Part shown: piece after piece, positions 46,276 through 55,396 of the stretch
Layout: the number at the start of each line of letters is the position of its first letter
Numbering within the stretch: the stretch's first letter is position 1
Assembly (NCBI RefSeq): GCF_035650995.1
Contig: NZ_DASRGO010000031.1
Coordinates: forward strand, 60,134 to 124,133
Direction of reading: 5' to 3'
Source of the DNA: Methyloceanibacter sp.
GTDB taxonomy: Bacteria; Pseudomonadota; Alphaproteobacteria; Rhizobiales; Methyloligellaceae
Length of the DNA stretch: 64,000 nt
The notes under the pieces: model-generated
Told to the model about the DNA's origin: nothing
The model's database searches: none
Seen by the model: only the letters and a program-made list of their open reading frames with translations
Made by a program: the position numbers and the translations under genes

Positions 46276-47847
46276 ATGCCGGACAACATTGCCGGGAAGC
46301 GCTACGAAGGCGGGGTTTCCTACCAATCGACCGATAAGGACTATTTCGACCAGCGCGAGCTGAGGCGCCACGCCGGCGTCTTTTACTTGTGGGCGCTCGG
46401 GGTCGCCGCGGTGATCTCCGGCGATTTCTCCGGCTGGAACCTCGGCTTTGCCGTGGGCGGCTGGGGCGGCATGTTCGTTGGCACCGTCGTCATCACCATC
46501 ATGTATCTCGGACTGACCTATTCGATCGCCGAAATGAGCCCGGCGTTGCCGCATACCGGCGGGGCCTATTCCTTTGCGCGAACGGCATTCGGACCGTGGG
46601 GCGGCTTCATCACCGGCGTCGCCGAGAACATCGAATACGTGCTCACGCCAGCGGTAATCGTCTATTTCATCGGCACCTATCTCACCGCGATCTTCGAAAC
46701 GCCGCCCGCGTTGCAGCCCATTTGGTGGGGCTTGGGGTATATCGTCTTCATCGCCGCCAATACGCGCGGCGTCGAGCTGTCGTTCCTGGTCACGGCGACG
46801 GTGACCCTGCTCGCGATGCTCATTCTTATCGTGTTCTTCGTGAGCGCCATCCCGTTCTTGGACTTCGGGAAATACGCCATGAATATCGGCGCCGATGCCA
46901 ACGGGGCGGCGGTGGAGCTGCCCGACGGCAACGGTCCGTTCCTACCGTTCGGTCTGCACGGCGTGCTTGCCGCCATGCCGTTTGCGGTGTGGCTGTTTCT
47001 CGCCATCGAGCAGCTGCCGCTCGCGGCCGAGGAATCGGAAGACCCGAAGCGCGACATGCCGCGCGGCATCATGCTCGGCATGTTCACGCTGATCGCGCTC
47101 GGGTTCCTGGTCCTTTTCATCAACCCGGCGATCCCGATCGAGCGCCAACTGGTCGATGCCGCAACGAGCACGGTGACCACGGTGCACGGCGCATTTGCGC
47201 TCGGCACCTCTGGCGAGCCGATCCTCGACGGGTTTCGCGCCATCTTCGGCTCGAACTGGGCGAAGATGCTGAGCTTGCTCGCGGTGTGCGGGCTGGTGGC
47301 GAGCTTCCACGCCATCATCTTCGCCTACGGACGGCAGATCTATTCGCTGTCGCGGGCGGGCTATTTCCCGCATTTCCTGTCCGTGACGCACGGCGTGCAC
47401 AAGACGCCGAACGTGGCCCTCATCGGCGGCGGGCTGCTCGGGCTCGCGGTGATGCTGGTGGTGTGGTTCAGCATGGGCGGGGAGGCGGCGGGTTCGTTCA
47501 TCGGCGGCGTTCTACTCAACATGGCGGTGTTCGGCGCGATGTTTTCCTATCTGCTCCAGTCGCTCACCTTCGTTCAACTGCGGAGGAGATTTCCGAACAT
47601 CGAGCGGCCCTACCGGAGCCCGTTCGGCGTGCCGGGCGCTCTCCTCACCACCACCATCGCCATCGTGACGATCGCCTTCCAGCTCACCGACCCGGTCTAT
47701 CGCACCGGCGTGATCGGAGTCGCCGTCTGGTACGCGCTCGCGATCCTCTATTTCGCGGTGCATGGACGGAAGTCGCTCGTGTTCTCGCCGGAGGAGGCGT
47801 TTGCGCTGAAGCATCGCGGAGAGGCCGCGCTCAAGTCGCGGAGCTAG
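46276..47847 (+). CDS. APC permease of the ethanolamine permease (Eat)-like group
   Basis: LWALGVAAVISGDFSGWNLG, EMSPALPHTGGAYSF, WLFLAIEQLPLAAEE, RPYRSP. Confidence 0.85.
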   Translation: MPDNIAGKRYEGGVSYQSTDKDYFDQRELRRHAGVFYLWALGVAAVISGDFSGWNLGFAVGGWGGMFVGTVVITIMYLGLTYSIAEMSPALPHTGGAYSFARTAFGPWGGFITGVAENIEYVLTPAVIVYFIGTYLTAIFETPPALQPIWWGLGYIVFIAANTRGVELSFLVTATVTLLAMLILIVFFVSAIPFLDFGKYAMNIGADANGAAVELPDGNGPFLPFGLHGVLAAMPFAVWLFLAIEQLPLAAEESEDPKRDMPRGIMLGMFTLIALGFLVLFINPAIPIERQLVDAATSTVTTVHGAFALGTSGEPILDGFRAIFGSNWAKMLSLLAVCGLVASFHAIIFAYGRQIYSLSRAGYFPHFLSVTHGVHKTPNVALIGGGLLGLAVMLVVWFSMGGEAAGSFIGGVLLNMAVFGAMFSYLLQSLTFVQLRRRFPNIERPYRSPFGVPGALLTTTIAIVTIAFQLTDPVYRTGVIGVAVWYALAILYFAVHGRKSLVFSPEEAFALKHRGEAALKSRS

Positions 47848-47862
47848 ACGCCGCGGGACGGC

Positions 47863-47878
47863 GGCCCGCAATGGACTC
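47863..47878 (+). promoter_or_regulatory. 16-bp motif GGCCCGCAATGGACTC (copy 2)
   Basis: Identical to 41017-41032. Followed by TTGACA at 47892. Confidence 0.55.
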
Positions 47879-47969
47879 GCGCGCGCTTCTATTGACAAGT
47901 TGCGGCAACACTGCTGCCTTCCCGCGGCCAAGCTGGCGCATTCGTCGGATCCTTGAGAGTTTCCCCGCC

Positions 47970-49355
47970 ATGAGCGACCACACGCAAAAGATCATCTCCC
48001 CGGTCGACGGCTCGGTCTATGCCGAGCGGCCGATCGCGCGCGACGCCGAGATCGACGCTGCGGTGTCGTCCGCGCGCGCGGCGCTCCCCGAATGGAGAGC
48101 CGTCCCGATCAAGAAGCGTGCCGACTACATGCTCGCCTTTCTCGATGCGCTGGTCGCCATGAACGACGAGATCACGGTCGAGCTTGCCTGGCAGATGGGC
48201 CGCCCCGTGCGCTACGGCGGCGAGAGGCGCGCGGCCGAGGAGCGGGTCCGCGCCATGGCGGCGATGGCCGAGGAGGCGCTCAAGCCTTACGTGCCGCCGG
48301 AAACGCCCGGCTTCCGGCGCTATATCGCGCGCGAGCCGCTCGGCATCGTGCTGGTGATTGCGCCATGGAACTATCCCTATCTCACCGCGCTCAACACTAT
48401 CGTGCCGGGACTTCTTGCCGGCAACGCCATTATCCTCAAGCATGCGGTGCAGACGCTGCTCGTGGGCGAGCGCATCGACCAAGCCTTCCGCCGGGCCGGC
48501 CTGCCCAAAGGCTTGTTCCACAATCTGGTGATGAGCCACGAACAGACCGAGGCGCTGATCCGCTCCGGGCGGATCGACCACGTCAATTTCACCGGATCGG
48601 TCGCGGGCGGCCGGGCCATCGAGCGAGCAACTGCTGGCACGTTCGCTTCGCTCGGGCTCGAGCTCGGCGGCAAGGATCCCGCCTATGTGCGCGCCGACGC
48701 CAAGCTCGATCACGCCATCGAAAATCTCGTCGACGGCACGTTCTACAACTCCGGCCAATGTTGCTGCGGGGTCGAGCGCATCTACGTCGACGCCGGCGTC
48801 TACGACGATTTCGTCGCGGGCTTCGCCGATCTCACGCGGAAATACGTGGTCGGCAATCCGCTCGATCAGGCGACGACCCTCGGACCGATGGCGCGGAGTT
48901 CGTTCGCCGATACGGTGCGGGAGCAGATCGCCGAGGCGCGGCGCAAGGGCGCCACCGCGCTCATCAACATGAAGGTCGATGGCGACCGGCCTGGCTCGCC
49001 TTATCTTGCGCCCGAGGTGCTCGTCAATGTCGATCACCAAATGGAGGTGATGCGCGAGGAGAGCTTCGGCCCGGTGGTCGGCATCATGAAGGTGCGGGAC
49101 GACGAGGAAGCGATCACCCTGATGAACGACAGCCCGTATGGCCTGACCGCCTCGATCTGGACGCAAGACATGGAGCGCGCGGCCGAGATCGGCGCGCGCA
49201 TCGAGACAGGCACCGTGTTCATGAACCGGTGCGACTATCTCGATCCGCATTTGACCTGGACCGGGGTCAAGGACACGGGGCGCGGGACGACGCTCTCGAA
49301 ATACGGTTTCGACGCGCTGACGCAGCCGAAGAGCTTTCACCTCCGCGCGGTATGA
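47970..49355 (+). CDS. Aldehyde dehydrogenase family protein
   Basis: APWNYP, FTGSVAGG, LELGGKDP, NSGQCCC, EESFGP. Confidence 0.93.
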   Translation: MSDHTQKIISPVDGSVYAERPIARDAEIDAAVSSARAALPEWRAVPIKKRADYMLAFLDALVAMNDEITVELAWQMGRPVRYGGERRAAEERVRAMAAMAEEALKPYVPPETPGFRRYIAREPLGIVLVIAPWNYPYLTALNTIVPGLLAGNAIILKHAVQTLLVGERIDQAFRRAGLPKGLFHNLVMSHEQTEALIRSGRIDHVNFTGSVAGGRAIERATAGTFASLGLELGGKDPAYVRADAKLDHAIENLVDGTFYNSGQCCCGVERIYVDAGVYDDFVAGFADLTRKYVVGNPLDQATTLGPMARSSFADTVREQIAEARRKGATALINMKVDGDRPGSPYLAPEVLVNVDHQMEVMREESFGPVVGIMKVRDDEEAITLMNDSPYGLTASIWTQDMERAAEIGARIETGTVFMNRCDYLDPHLTWTGVKDTGRGTTLSKYGFDALTQPKSFHLRAV

Positions 49356-50060
49356 TCAGTCGCGCCGAGACTTGCCGCGCCGAGAATTGCACCGGCACGC
49401 CACCCCGTCGATGAAGGCTTCGACCGAGGCGGCAAACGTCGCGTCGCGATCGAGCGCCTTGAAGGCGGGGACGAGCGCAAGCGTTGCCGGGTAGGCGAGG
49501 GAGTCTAGCGCCTTGAGCTCGGCCTCGGCCGACTTGTCGATCGGGCGCAGGAGCCCCTCGGCTTCGGCCAAGGCGTAACCGAGGATGAAGGCGTAGAAGG
49601 CAAGCCCGAGTCCCGCCGCTTCGGCGTCGCACAGGCCAGCGTGCCTCAGCGCCCGGTACACCACCTCGCTCGAGGCATGGTCGGCGGGACCCGTGGCGTG
49701 GAAGCGGAAGTGCAAGGGAAAAATGCGAGGATGGCGGCGGGCGAGGTCGCGATAGGCGGCAGCCACGCGGCGGAGGTCCTCGCGCCAGTCGCCGCTCGGC
49801 TCGGGCAGTTCAACCGTAGCGAGCGCCTGGTCGGCGATGCGCCGCAGCAGCTCCTCTTTCGAGCCGAAATGATGCAGCACGGTCATCGGGTCGACGCCCA
49901 TGCAAAGCCCTAGTTTCCGCACGGAAAAGCCCGCTTCCCCGTCGCGCGACAGCAGGTCGAAGGCGGCGGCGAGGATCGTATTCTTGTCGAGCCCGCGCCG
50001 CCCCCGCGGCCGGGGGCCTGCCTTGCCTGCACTCGCCTTGCGTACCGTTCGCGTTGACAA
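49356..50060 (-). CDS. TetR-family regulator (TetR_C-like), divergent from the polyamine operon
   Basis: FSVRKLGLCMGVDPMTVLHHFGSKEELL HTH, DWREDLRRVA. TTG start. Confidence 0.88.
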   Translation of the reverse strand: MSTRTVRKASAGKAGPRPRGRRGLDKNTILAAAFDLLSRDGEAGFSVRKLGLCMGVDPMTVLHHFGSKEELLRRIADQALATVELPEPSGDWREDLRRVAAAYRDLARRHPRIFPLHFRFHATGPADHASSEVVYRALRHAGLCDAEAAGLGLAFYAFILGYALAEAEGLLRPIDKSAEAELKALDSLAYPATLALVPAFKALDRDATFAASVEAFIDGVACRCNSRRGKSRRD

Positions 50061-50121
50061 TTCTACACCGTAGCCAATAAAATCTTCGCCGTAGCCATAC
50101 CCGCGGATTGACCCCTGTCAA
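50054..50121 (+). promoter_or_regulatory. Sigma70 promoter with paired operators and an FNR-like palindrome
   Basis: TTGACA(50054)-N18-TAAAAT. Repeats TCTACACCGTAGCCA (50062) and TCTTCGCCGTAGCCA (50083). TTGAC-CCCT-GTCAA at 50108-50121. Confidence 0.55.
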
Positions 50122-50312
50122 GGCTGCCACGCGGGTCTGGCGAGAGTGGGCGCGGGCTTTGATGTCGGTTTCCCGGATTTCGGTTATCTCGCACGGGCCA
50201 TGCAGGAAGAGCGTCCTGCTCCTGCTCTGCGCCCGCATCGGCTACACGCCCCACGCCAGCTTCCAGCGCTGAACGTACGGCCCCCGGGCCAGGCTAATTG
50301 CTGGAGGTTTCC

Positions 50313-51698
50313 ATGGTGACGAATCAATATCAGACCGCGCAAATTAAAGAGCTCGACGCTCTCCATCATCTGCATCCTTTTACCGACCACAAGTCGCTTC
50401 GCACCGGCGGTGCGCGCGTCATCGTGCGCGGGGAGGGGCCTTACATCTTCGACAGCGAAGGCCATCGCATTCTCGACGGCATGGCGGGCTTGTGGACCAC
50501 CAATGTCGGCTACGGGCGCAAGGCGCTCGCCGAGGCGGCCTACAAGCAGATGCTCGATCTGCCCTATTACAACACCTTTTTCCGCACTACCCATCCGCCG
50601 GTCGTAGCGCTCGCTCGCAAGCTCGCCGAGATCGCCCCAGCCAACCTCAATCAGGTGTTCTTCGGCTCGTCGGGCTCGGAGTCTAACGACACCGCGATCC
50701 GCCTCATCCGCCATTATTGGGTGCTCAAGGGCGAGCCCCAGCGGCGCATCATCATCTCGCGCAAGAACGCCTATCACGGCTCGACCATCGCCGCCGGCTC
50801 GATGGGCGGCATGGCGCACGTGCATGCGCACAGCTACCCGGTCTACGAGGGGTTCCGACACATCATGGATCCCTATTGGTACGGCGAGGCGAAGGATGGC
50901 GAAACGCCCGAGGCATTCGGCCTGCGCGCCGCGCGCGCGCTCGAGGAGGAGATCCTCGCGGTGGGGCCAGAGAACGTCGCTGCGTTCGCCGGCGAGCCGG
51001 TGCAGGGCGCGGGCGGGGTCAAGATCGCGCCCGAGACCTATTGGCCCGAGGTGCAGCGCATCATCGACAAATACGGGATCCTGCTGCTGGCCGACGAGGT
51101 GATCACCGGCTTCGGCCGGCTCGGCACGTGGTTCGCCTCGCAGCATTACGGGCTCAAGCCGCACCTCATGACCTTCGCCAAGGCGGTGACCTCGGGCTAT
51201 CTGCCGCTCTCGGGAGTCATCGTGCATGACGAGATCGCCGACACGCTGATGGCGCACGACGACGATTTCCATCACGGCTATACCTTCTCGGGCCATCCGG
51301 TCGCCTGCGCCGTCGCGCTCAAGAATCTCGAGATTATGGAGGAGGAGCGCCTCGTCCCGCGGGTCAAGGAGTTCGGCGCTCCGTCGCTCGCCAAGATGCT
51401 GGCGAAGTTCAAGGACCATCCGCTGGTCGGTGAGGTGCGTTCCATCGGGCTCCTCGGCGCGATCGAACTCGTGGCTGACAAGCGGACGCGGCGCCGGTTC
51501 GACAACCTCGGCCGTGTCGGCCTCATCTGCCGGGATCATTTCTTCCGCGAGGGTTTCATCATGCGCGCGGTGTTCGACACCATGGTCATGGCCCCGCCGC
51601 TGATCTGGACGAAAGATCAGTTCGACGAGGCCGAGGCGGTCATCCGCCGCGTGCTCGATCTCACGCTCAGCGACGTCGCCGGCGAGGTGGCTGCATGA
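50313..51698 (+). CDS. Class III aminotransferase, putrescine:pyruvate (SpuC-like)
   Basis: HHLHPFTD, DGMAGLW, GSSGSESND, AYHGST, ADEVITGFGR, AKAVTSGY. Confidence 0.88.
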   Translation: MVTNQYQTAQIKELDALHHLHPFTDHKSLRTGGARVIVRGEGPYIFDSEGHRILDGMAGLWTTNVGYGRKALAEAAYKQMLDLPYYNTFFRTTHPPVVALARKLAEIAPANLNQVFFGSSGSESNDTAIRLIRHYWVLKGEPQRRIIISRKNAYHGSTIAAGSMGGMAHVHAHSYPVYEGFRHIMDPYWYGEAKDGETPEAFGLRAARALEEEILAVGPENVAAFAGEPVQGAGGVKIAPETYWPEVQRIIDKYGILLLADEVITGFGRLGTWFASQHYGLKPHLMTFAKAVTSGYLPLSGVIVHDEIADTLMAHDDDFHHGYTFSGHPVACAVALKNLEIMEEERLVPRVKEFGAPSLAKMLAKFKDHPLVGEVRSIGLLGAIELVADKRTRRRFDNLGRVGLICRDHFFREGFIMRAVFDTMVMAPPLIWTKDQFDEAEAVIRRVLDLTLSDVAGEVAA

Positions 51699-52432
51699 GC
51701 CGACCGATTGTCGTCATTCCGGCCTGCACCAAGGTGATCGACGAGGATGTGTTCGATGCCGTGGGCCGCAAATATTCGACGGCAATCGCGGAGGTGGCCG
51801 AGTGCCAGCCGCTGCTCGTGCCGGTCGGCGCGGGCGCGACCGACATTGGCGCCGTTCTGGACGTGGCCGACGCCGTTCTTCTCACGGGCAGCCTCTCGAA
51901 CGTCGCGCCGGAGCATTACGGCGAGGAAGCGCCGATCGATCCCGACGCCCTCGATCCCTTGCGCGATGCGGTGACCCTTCCGCTTATCCGCGCCGCGGTC
52001 GAACGCAAGACGCCGCTCTTCGCCATCTGCCGCGGTGTCCAGGAGTTGAACGTCGCGCTCGGCGGCACGCTGCATCAGGCGGTGCACGCGGTCGACGGAC
52101 ACAAGGACCATCGCGCCAAGCAGGATGTTCCGCTCGACGAGGCCTACGGTCCGGTCCATCCCGTCGTCTTGCGCGGCAGGCTGCGCGACTGGATCGGACG
52201 CGACGAGATCATGGTCAACTCGCTGCATGGGCAGGGCATCGCCCGTCTCGGGAACGGCCTCAAGCCCGAGGCGTTCGCCGAGGACGGGCTGATCGAAGCC
52301 GTGCGCGGACCCGACGACGGCGCCTTCTGCCTCGGCGTGCAGTGGCACCCCGAGTGGTCGGCGCGCTCTAACGAAGTTTCCAAATCTCTGTTCCGCCGGT
52401 TCGGCGCGGCAGCAAAAGGTCACGCGCTATGA
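51695..52432 (+). CDS. puuD: Gamma-glutamyl-gamma-aminobutyrate hydrolase (PuuD/SpuA family)
   Basis: LTGSLSNV, AICRGVQELNVALGGTL, VNSLHGQG, GVQWHPE. Confidence 0.88.
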   Translation: MSRPIVVIPACTKVIDEDVFDAVGRKYSTAIAEVAECQPLLVPVGAGATDIGAVLDVADAVLLTGSLSNVAPEHYGEEAPIDPDALDPLRDAVTLPLIRAAVERKTPLFAICRGVQELNVALGGTLHQAVHAVDGHKDHRAKQDVPLDEAYGPVHPVVLRGRLRDWIGRDEIMVNSLHGQGIARLGNGLKPEAFAEDGLIEAVRGPDDGAFCLGVQWHPEWSARSNEVSKSLFRRFGAAAKGHAL

Positions 52433-53778
52433 CAGCTCGGCGGCTCACCGCAGACGAAACACAAGCCTTCCTCGAGGCCAACCCCGCGGTCCAGTGGATC
52501 GACGCCTTCCTGTTCGACATGAACGGCGTGCCGCGCGGCAAGCGTATCCGCAGGTCCGATCTCGCCGGTGTCGCCAAGAAGGGTCTGTTGATGCCGGCCT
52601 CGGTGTTCATCATGGACCCGCTCGGCAATTGCATCGAGGAAACGGGGCGGCTGTGGGAGACGGGTGATCCCGACCGTCAATGCCATCTCCTCGGCGGAAC
52701 GCTTTCGGCGCTTCCAGTCGGCGACGGCAGGCACGCACAAGTCGTGATGGCGGTCGACGGCAAGGAGGAACTCGACCCGCGCACCGTGCTCGCCAATCAG
52801 GTTGAGCGTTTCGCCCGCGTAGGCCAGACCCCGGTCGTCGCGGTCGAACTCGAGTTCTACGTTACCAAGCGCGGCAAGAACGGCGCTTTCGTGCTCAGCA
52901 CGCCCGACGGCCTCTCCGACGATCCGTGCCGTCCGCTCACCTTCGGCTTCGAGGAGATGGACGCGCTCTCCGCCTTCATCGACGATGTCTACCGTATCTG
53001 CGAGGTCCAGGGCCTGCTGGTCGACGCGGTCATGCAGGAGTCGGGGCCCGGCCAGTTCGAGATCAATCTCAAACACCGCCCCGATGCGCTCGTTGCCGCG
53101 CTCGAGGGTCTGCTCTTGAAGCGCGCGGTGAAGGCCGCGGCGCGGGCGCACGGGCTCGACGCCACCTTCATGGCGAAGCCCCATCACGATTGGGCCGGCT
53201 CGGGCATGCATATTCATTTGAGCCTGGTCGACCAATCGGGGCAGAATCTGTTCGCGGGCGATCCCGTCTCCAAGCTGTTCCTGCACGCGCTCGGCGGCAT
53301 GCGCGAGTCGATGGCCGATTTCATGGCGATCTGGGCCCAGTCGGCCAACGCCTACCGGCGCTACGTGCCGAAGTCCTACGTGTCGCTCGCGGCGCATTGG
53401 GGCTTCAACAACCGCACCGTGGCGCTGCGCGTTCCCCGCGATAACGGGGCCGCGACCCGCATCGAGCATCGTGTTGCGGGCGCCGACGCCAATCCCTATC
53501 TCGTCATCGCCGCCATTCTTGCCGGGATGTGGCACGGCATCGCCAACGAGACCGATCCGGGCCCCGCGGCTGAGGGCAACTCGGAGACGATCGATGCGCC
53601 GCCGCTGCCGATCGCCTGGGTCAACGCGCTCGATCTCTTCCAACGCTCGCCCATCGTGCGCGGGGCCTTCGGCTCCTCGTTCCAGGAGGTATTCTCCCGG
53701 TTGAAGCAGAGCGAGCGCAGCAATTTCGAGCGCATCGTCACGCCGCTCGATCACCTCTGGTATTCCCAGGTCGCGTGA
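52429..53778 (+). CDS. Glutamine synthetase-like gamma-glutamylpolyamine synthetase (PuuA/SpuB family)
   Basis: DMNGVPRGK, ELEFY, ESGPGQFEINL, FMAKP, GSGMHIH, NNRTVALR, EHRVAGADANPY. Confidence 0.88.
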   Translation: MTARRLTADETQAFLEANPAVQWIDAFLFDMNGVPRGKRIRRSDLAGVAKKGLLMPASVFIMDPLGNCIEETGRLWETGDPDRQCHLLGGTLSALPVGDGRHAQVVMAVDGKEELDPRTVLANQVERFARVGQTPVVAVELEFYVTKRGKNGAFVLSTPDGLSDDPCRPLTFGFEEMDALSAFIDDVYRICEVQGLLVDAVMQESGPGQFEINLKHRPDALVAALEGLLLKRAVKAAARAHGLDATFMAKPHHDWAGSGMHIHLSLVDQSGQNLFAGDPVSKLFLHALGGMRESMADFMAIWAQSANAYRRYVPKSYVSLAAHWGFNNRTVALRVPRDNGAATRIEHRVAGADANPYLVIAAILAGMWHGIANETDPGPAAEGNSETIDAPPLPIAWVNALDLFQRSPIVRGAFGSSFQEVFSRLKQSERSNFERIVTPLDHLWYSQVA

Positions 53779-53812
53779 GGCCGGACATCGCCCACGCCGA
53801 CGGAGACGAACG

Positions 53813-55264
53813 ATGAACATGATCTTCAAGAAGTTTCCGACCGCGGCCCTGATCGACGGGGAGTGGGTCACCTCGCCCAAAACCTTCACTGTCACCGATC
53901 CCGCGACCGGCGCCGAGATCGCGCGCGTTCCTGATCTCGGCGCCAAGGAGGCGGCGCGCGCCGTCGATGCCGCGTCACGCGCGTTTCCGGCGTGGTCGGC
54001 CAAGACCGCCAAGGAGCGCGCCGCGATTCTCAAGCGCTGGTTCGATCTCGTGACGGCCGAGACGGAGAGCCTCGCCCAGCTGATGACCGCCGAGCAGGGC
54101 AAGCCGCTCGCCGAGGCGCGGGCCGAAGTGGGCTACGGCGCCTCGTTCGTCGAGTGGTTCGCCGAGGAGGGCAAGCGCGCCTACGGGCACACCATTCCGA
54201 CCACCGCGGCCTCCAAGCGCTACATCACCATCAAGCAGCCGATCGGCGTGTGCGCGGCGATTGCGCCGTGGAACTTCCCCATCGCCATGATCACGCGCAA
54301 AGTGGCGCCGGCGCTTGCCGCGGGGTGCACCGTGGTGGTGAAGCCCGCGGCCGAGACGCCGCTCTCAGCGCTCGCCGTGGCCAAGCTCGGCATGGATGCG
54401 GGACTCCCTCCTGGCGTGCTCAACATCGTGACCACAACGGATGCGCCGGCGGTCGGCAAGGTGTGGTGCGATGATCCCAGAGTGCGCAAGCTGTCCTTCA
54501 CCGGCTCGACCGAGGTCGGCAAGATTCTCTACCGCCAATGCGCCGGCACGGTGAAGAAGCTCACGCTCGAGCTCGGCGGCAACGCGCCGCTCCTCGTGTT
54601 CGACGACGCCGATCTCGACCAGGCGGTGGCGGGCGCCATGGCCTCGAAATATCGCAACGCCGGCCAGACTTGCGTCTGCGCCAACCGCATCCTGGTTCAG
54701 TCCGGAATCTATGACCGTTTCGCCGGAGCGCTGGTCGAAGCGGTGAAGAAGCTGTCGGTCGGGCCGGGATCCGAGCCTGGCATCAATATCGGTCCGTTGA
54801 TCACGAGCGAGGCGGTCGCCAAGGTCGAGACGCTGGTGGACGATGCGGTCAAGAAGGGTGCCAAGGTGCTGACCGGCGGCAGCGTCGATAAGGCCGGGCC
54901 GCTGTTCTACCGCCCGTCGGTCGTGGGCGACGTGCGACCCGACATGGAGATCGTGCGCGAAGAGATCTTCGGGCCCGTGGCGGCGCTGGTCCGCTTCGAC
55001 ACCGAGGAGGAGGCGGTCAGGATCGCCAACGACACGCCGTTCGGCCTAGCCGCCTATCTGTTCAGCGAGAACCTCGCCCGCGCCTGGCGCGTGGCCGAGA
55101 AGCTCGACGCCGGCATGGTCGGCGTCAACGAAGGCATCTTCTCGAACGAGGTGGTGCCGTTCGGCGGCGTCAAGGAATCCGGACTTGGCCGCGAGGGCGC
55201 AGCCGAAGGTTTGGATGAATATCTCGAGATCAAATATATTTGCCTGGGTGGGATCGATGCATGA
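53813..55264 (+). CDS. gabD: Succinate-semialdehyde dehydrogenase (NAD(P)+)
   Basis: PWNFPIAMITRK, FTGSTEVGK, LELGGNAP, NAGQTCVC, KESGLGREG. Confidence 0.92.
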   Translation: MNMIFKKFPTAALIDGEWVTSPKTFTVTDPATGAEIARVPDLGAKEAARAVDAASRAFPAWSAKTAKERAAILKRWFDLVTAETESLAQLMTAEQGKPLAEARAEVGYGASFVEWFAEEGKRAYGHTIPTTAASKRYITIKQPIGVCAAIAPWNFPIAMITRKVAPALAAGCTVVVKPAAETPLSALAVAKLGMDAGLPPGVLNIVTTTDAPAVGKVWCDDPRVRKLSFTGSTEVGKILYRQCAGTVKKLTLELGGNAPLLVFDDADLDQAVAGAMASKYRNAGQTCVCANRILVQSGIYDRFAGALVEAVKKLSVGPGSEPGINIGPLITSEAVAKVETLVDDAVKKGAKVLTGGSVDKAGPLFYRPSVVGDVRPDMEIVREEIFGPVAALVRFDTEEEAVRIANDTPFGLAAYLFSENLARAWRVAEKLDAGMVGVNEGIFSNEVVPFGGVKESGLGREGAAEGLDEYLEIKYICLGGIDA

Positions 55265-55396
55265 TTGGTCACGTCCGGGCAGGAATTGCCTATGGATTGA
55301 GCTTGGCCGTCCGGCTTGCACGCGGCCATACTCGATGACGTGCAGTTTTTTCCGGCCTAGGAGCGAACCAGCCGCAAGCACAGGGGAGAAGTGAGT

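Noticed and set aside
46389-49355. 988-aa ORF in the track
   Set aside because: Only the part from ATG 47970 is an ALDH. The rest is an off-frame shadow of the permease 46276-47847 that happens to lack stops.
55302-55322. Sigma54 promoter before the polyamine-binding protein (TGGC...TTGCA)
   Set aside because: The GG-to-GC spacing is 11 nt, not the obligatory 10. Similar candidates at 39890-40020 and 42699 also fail.
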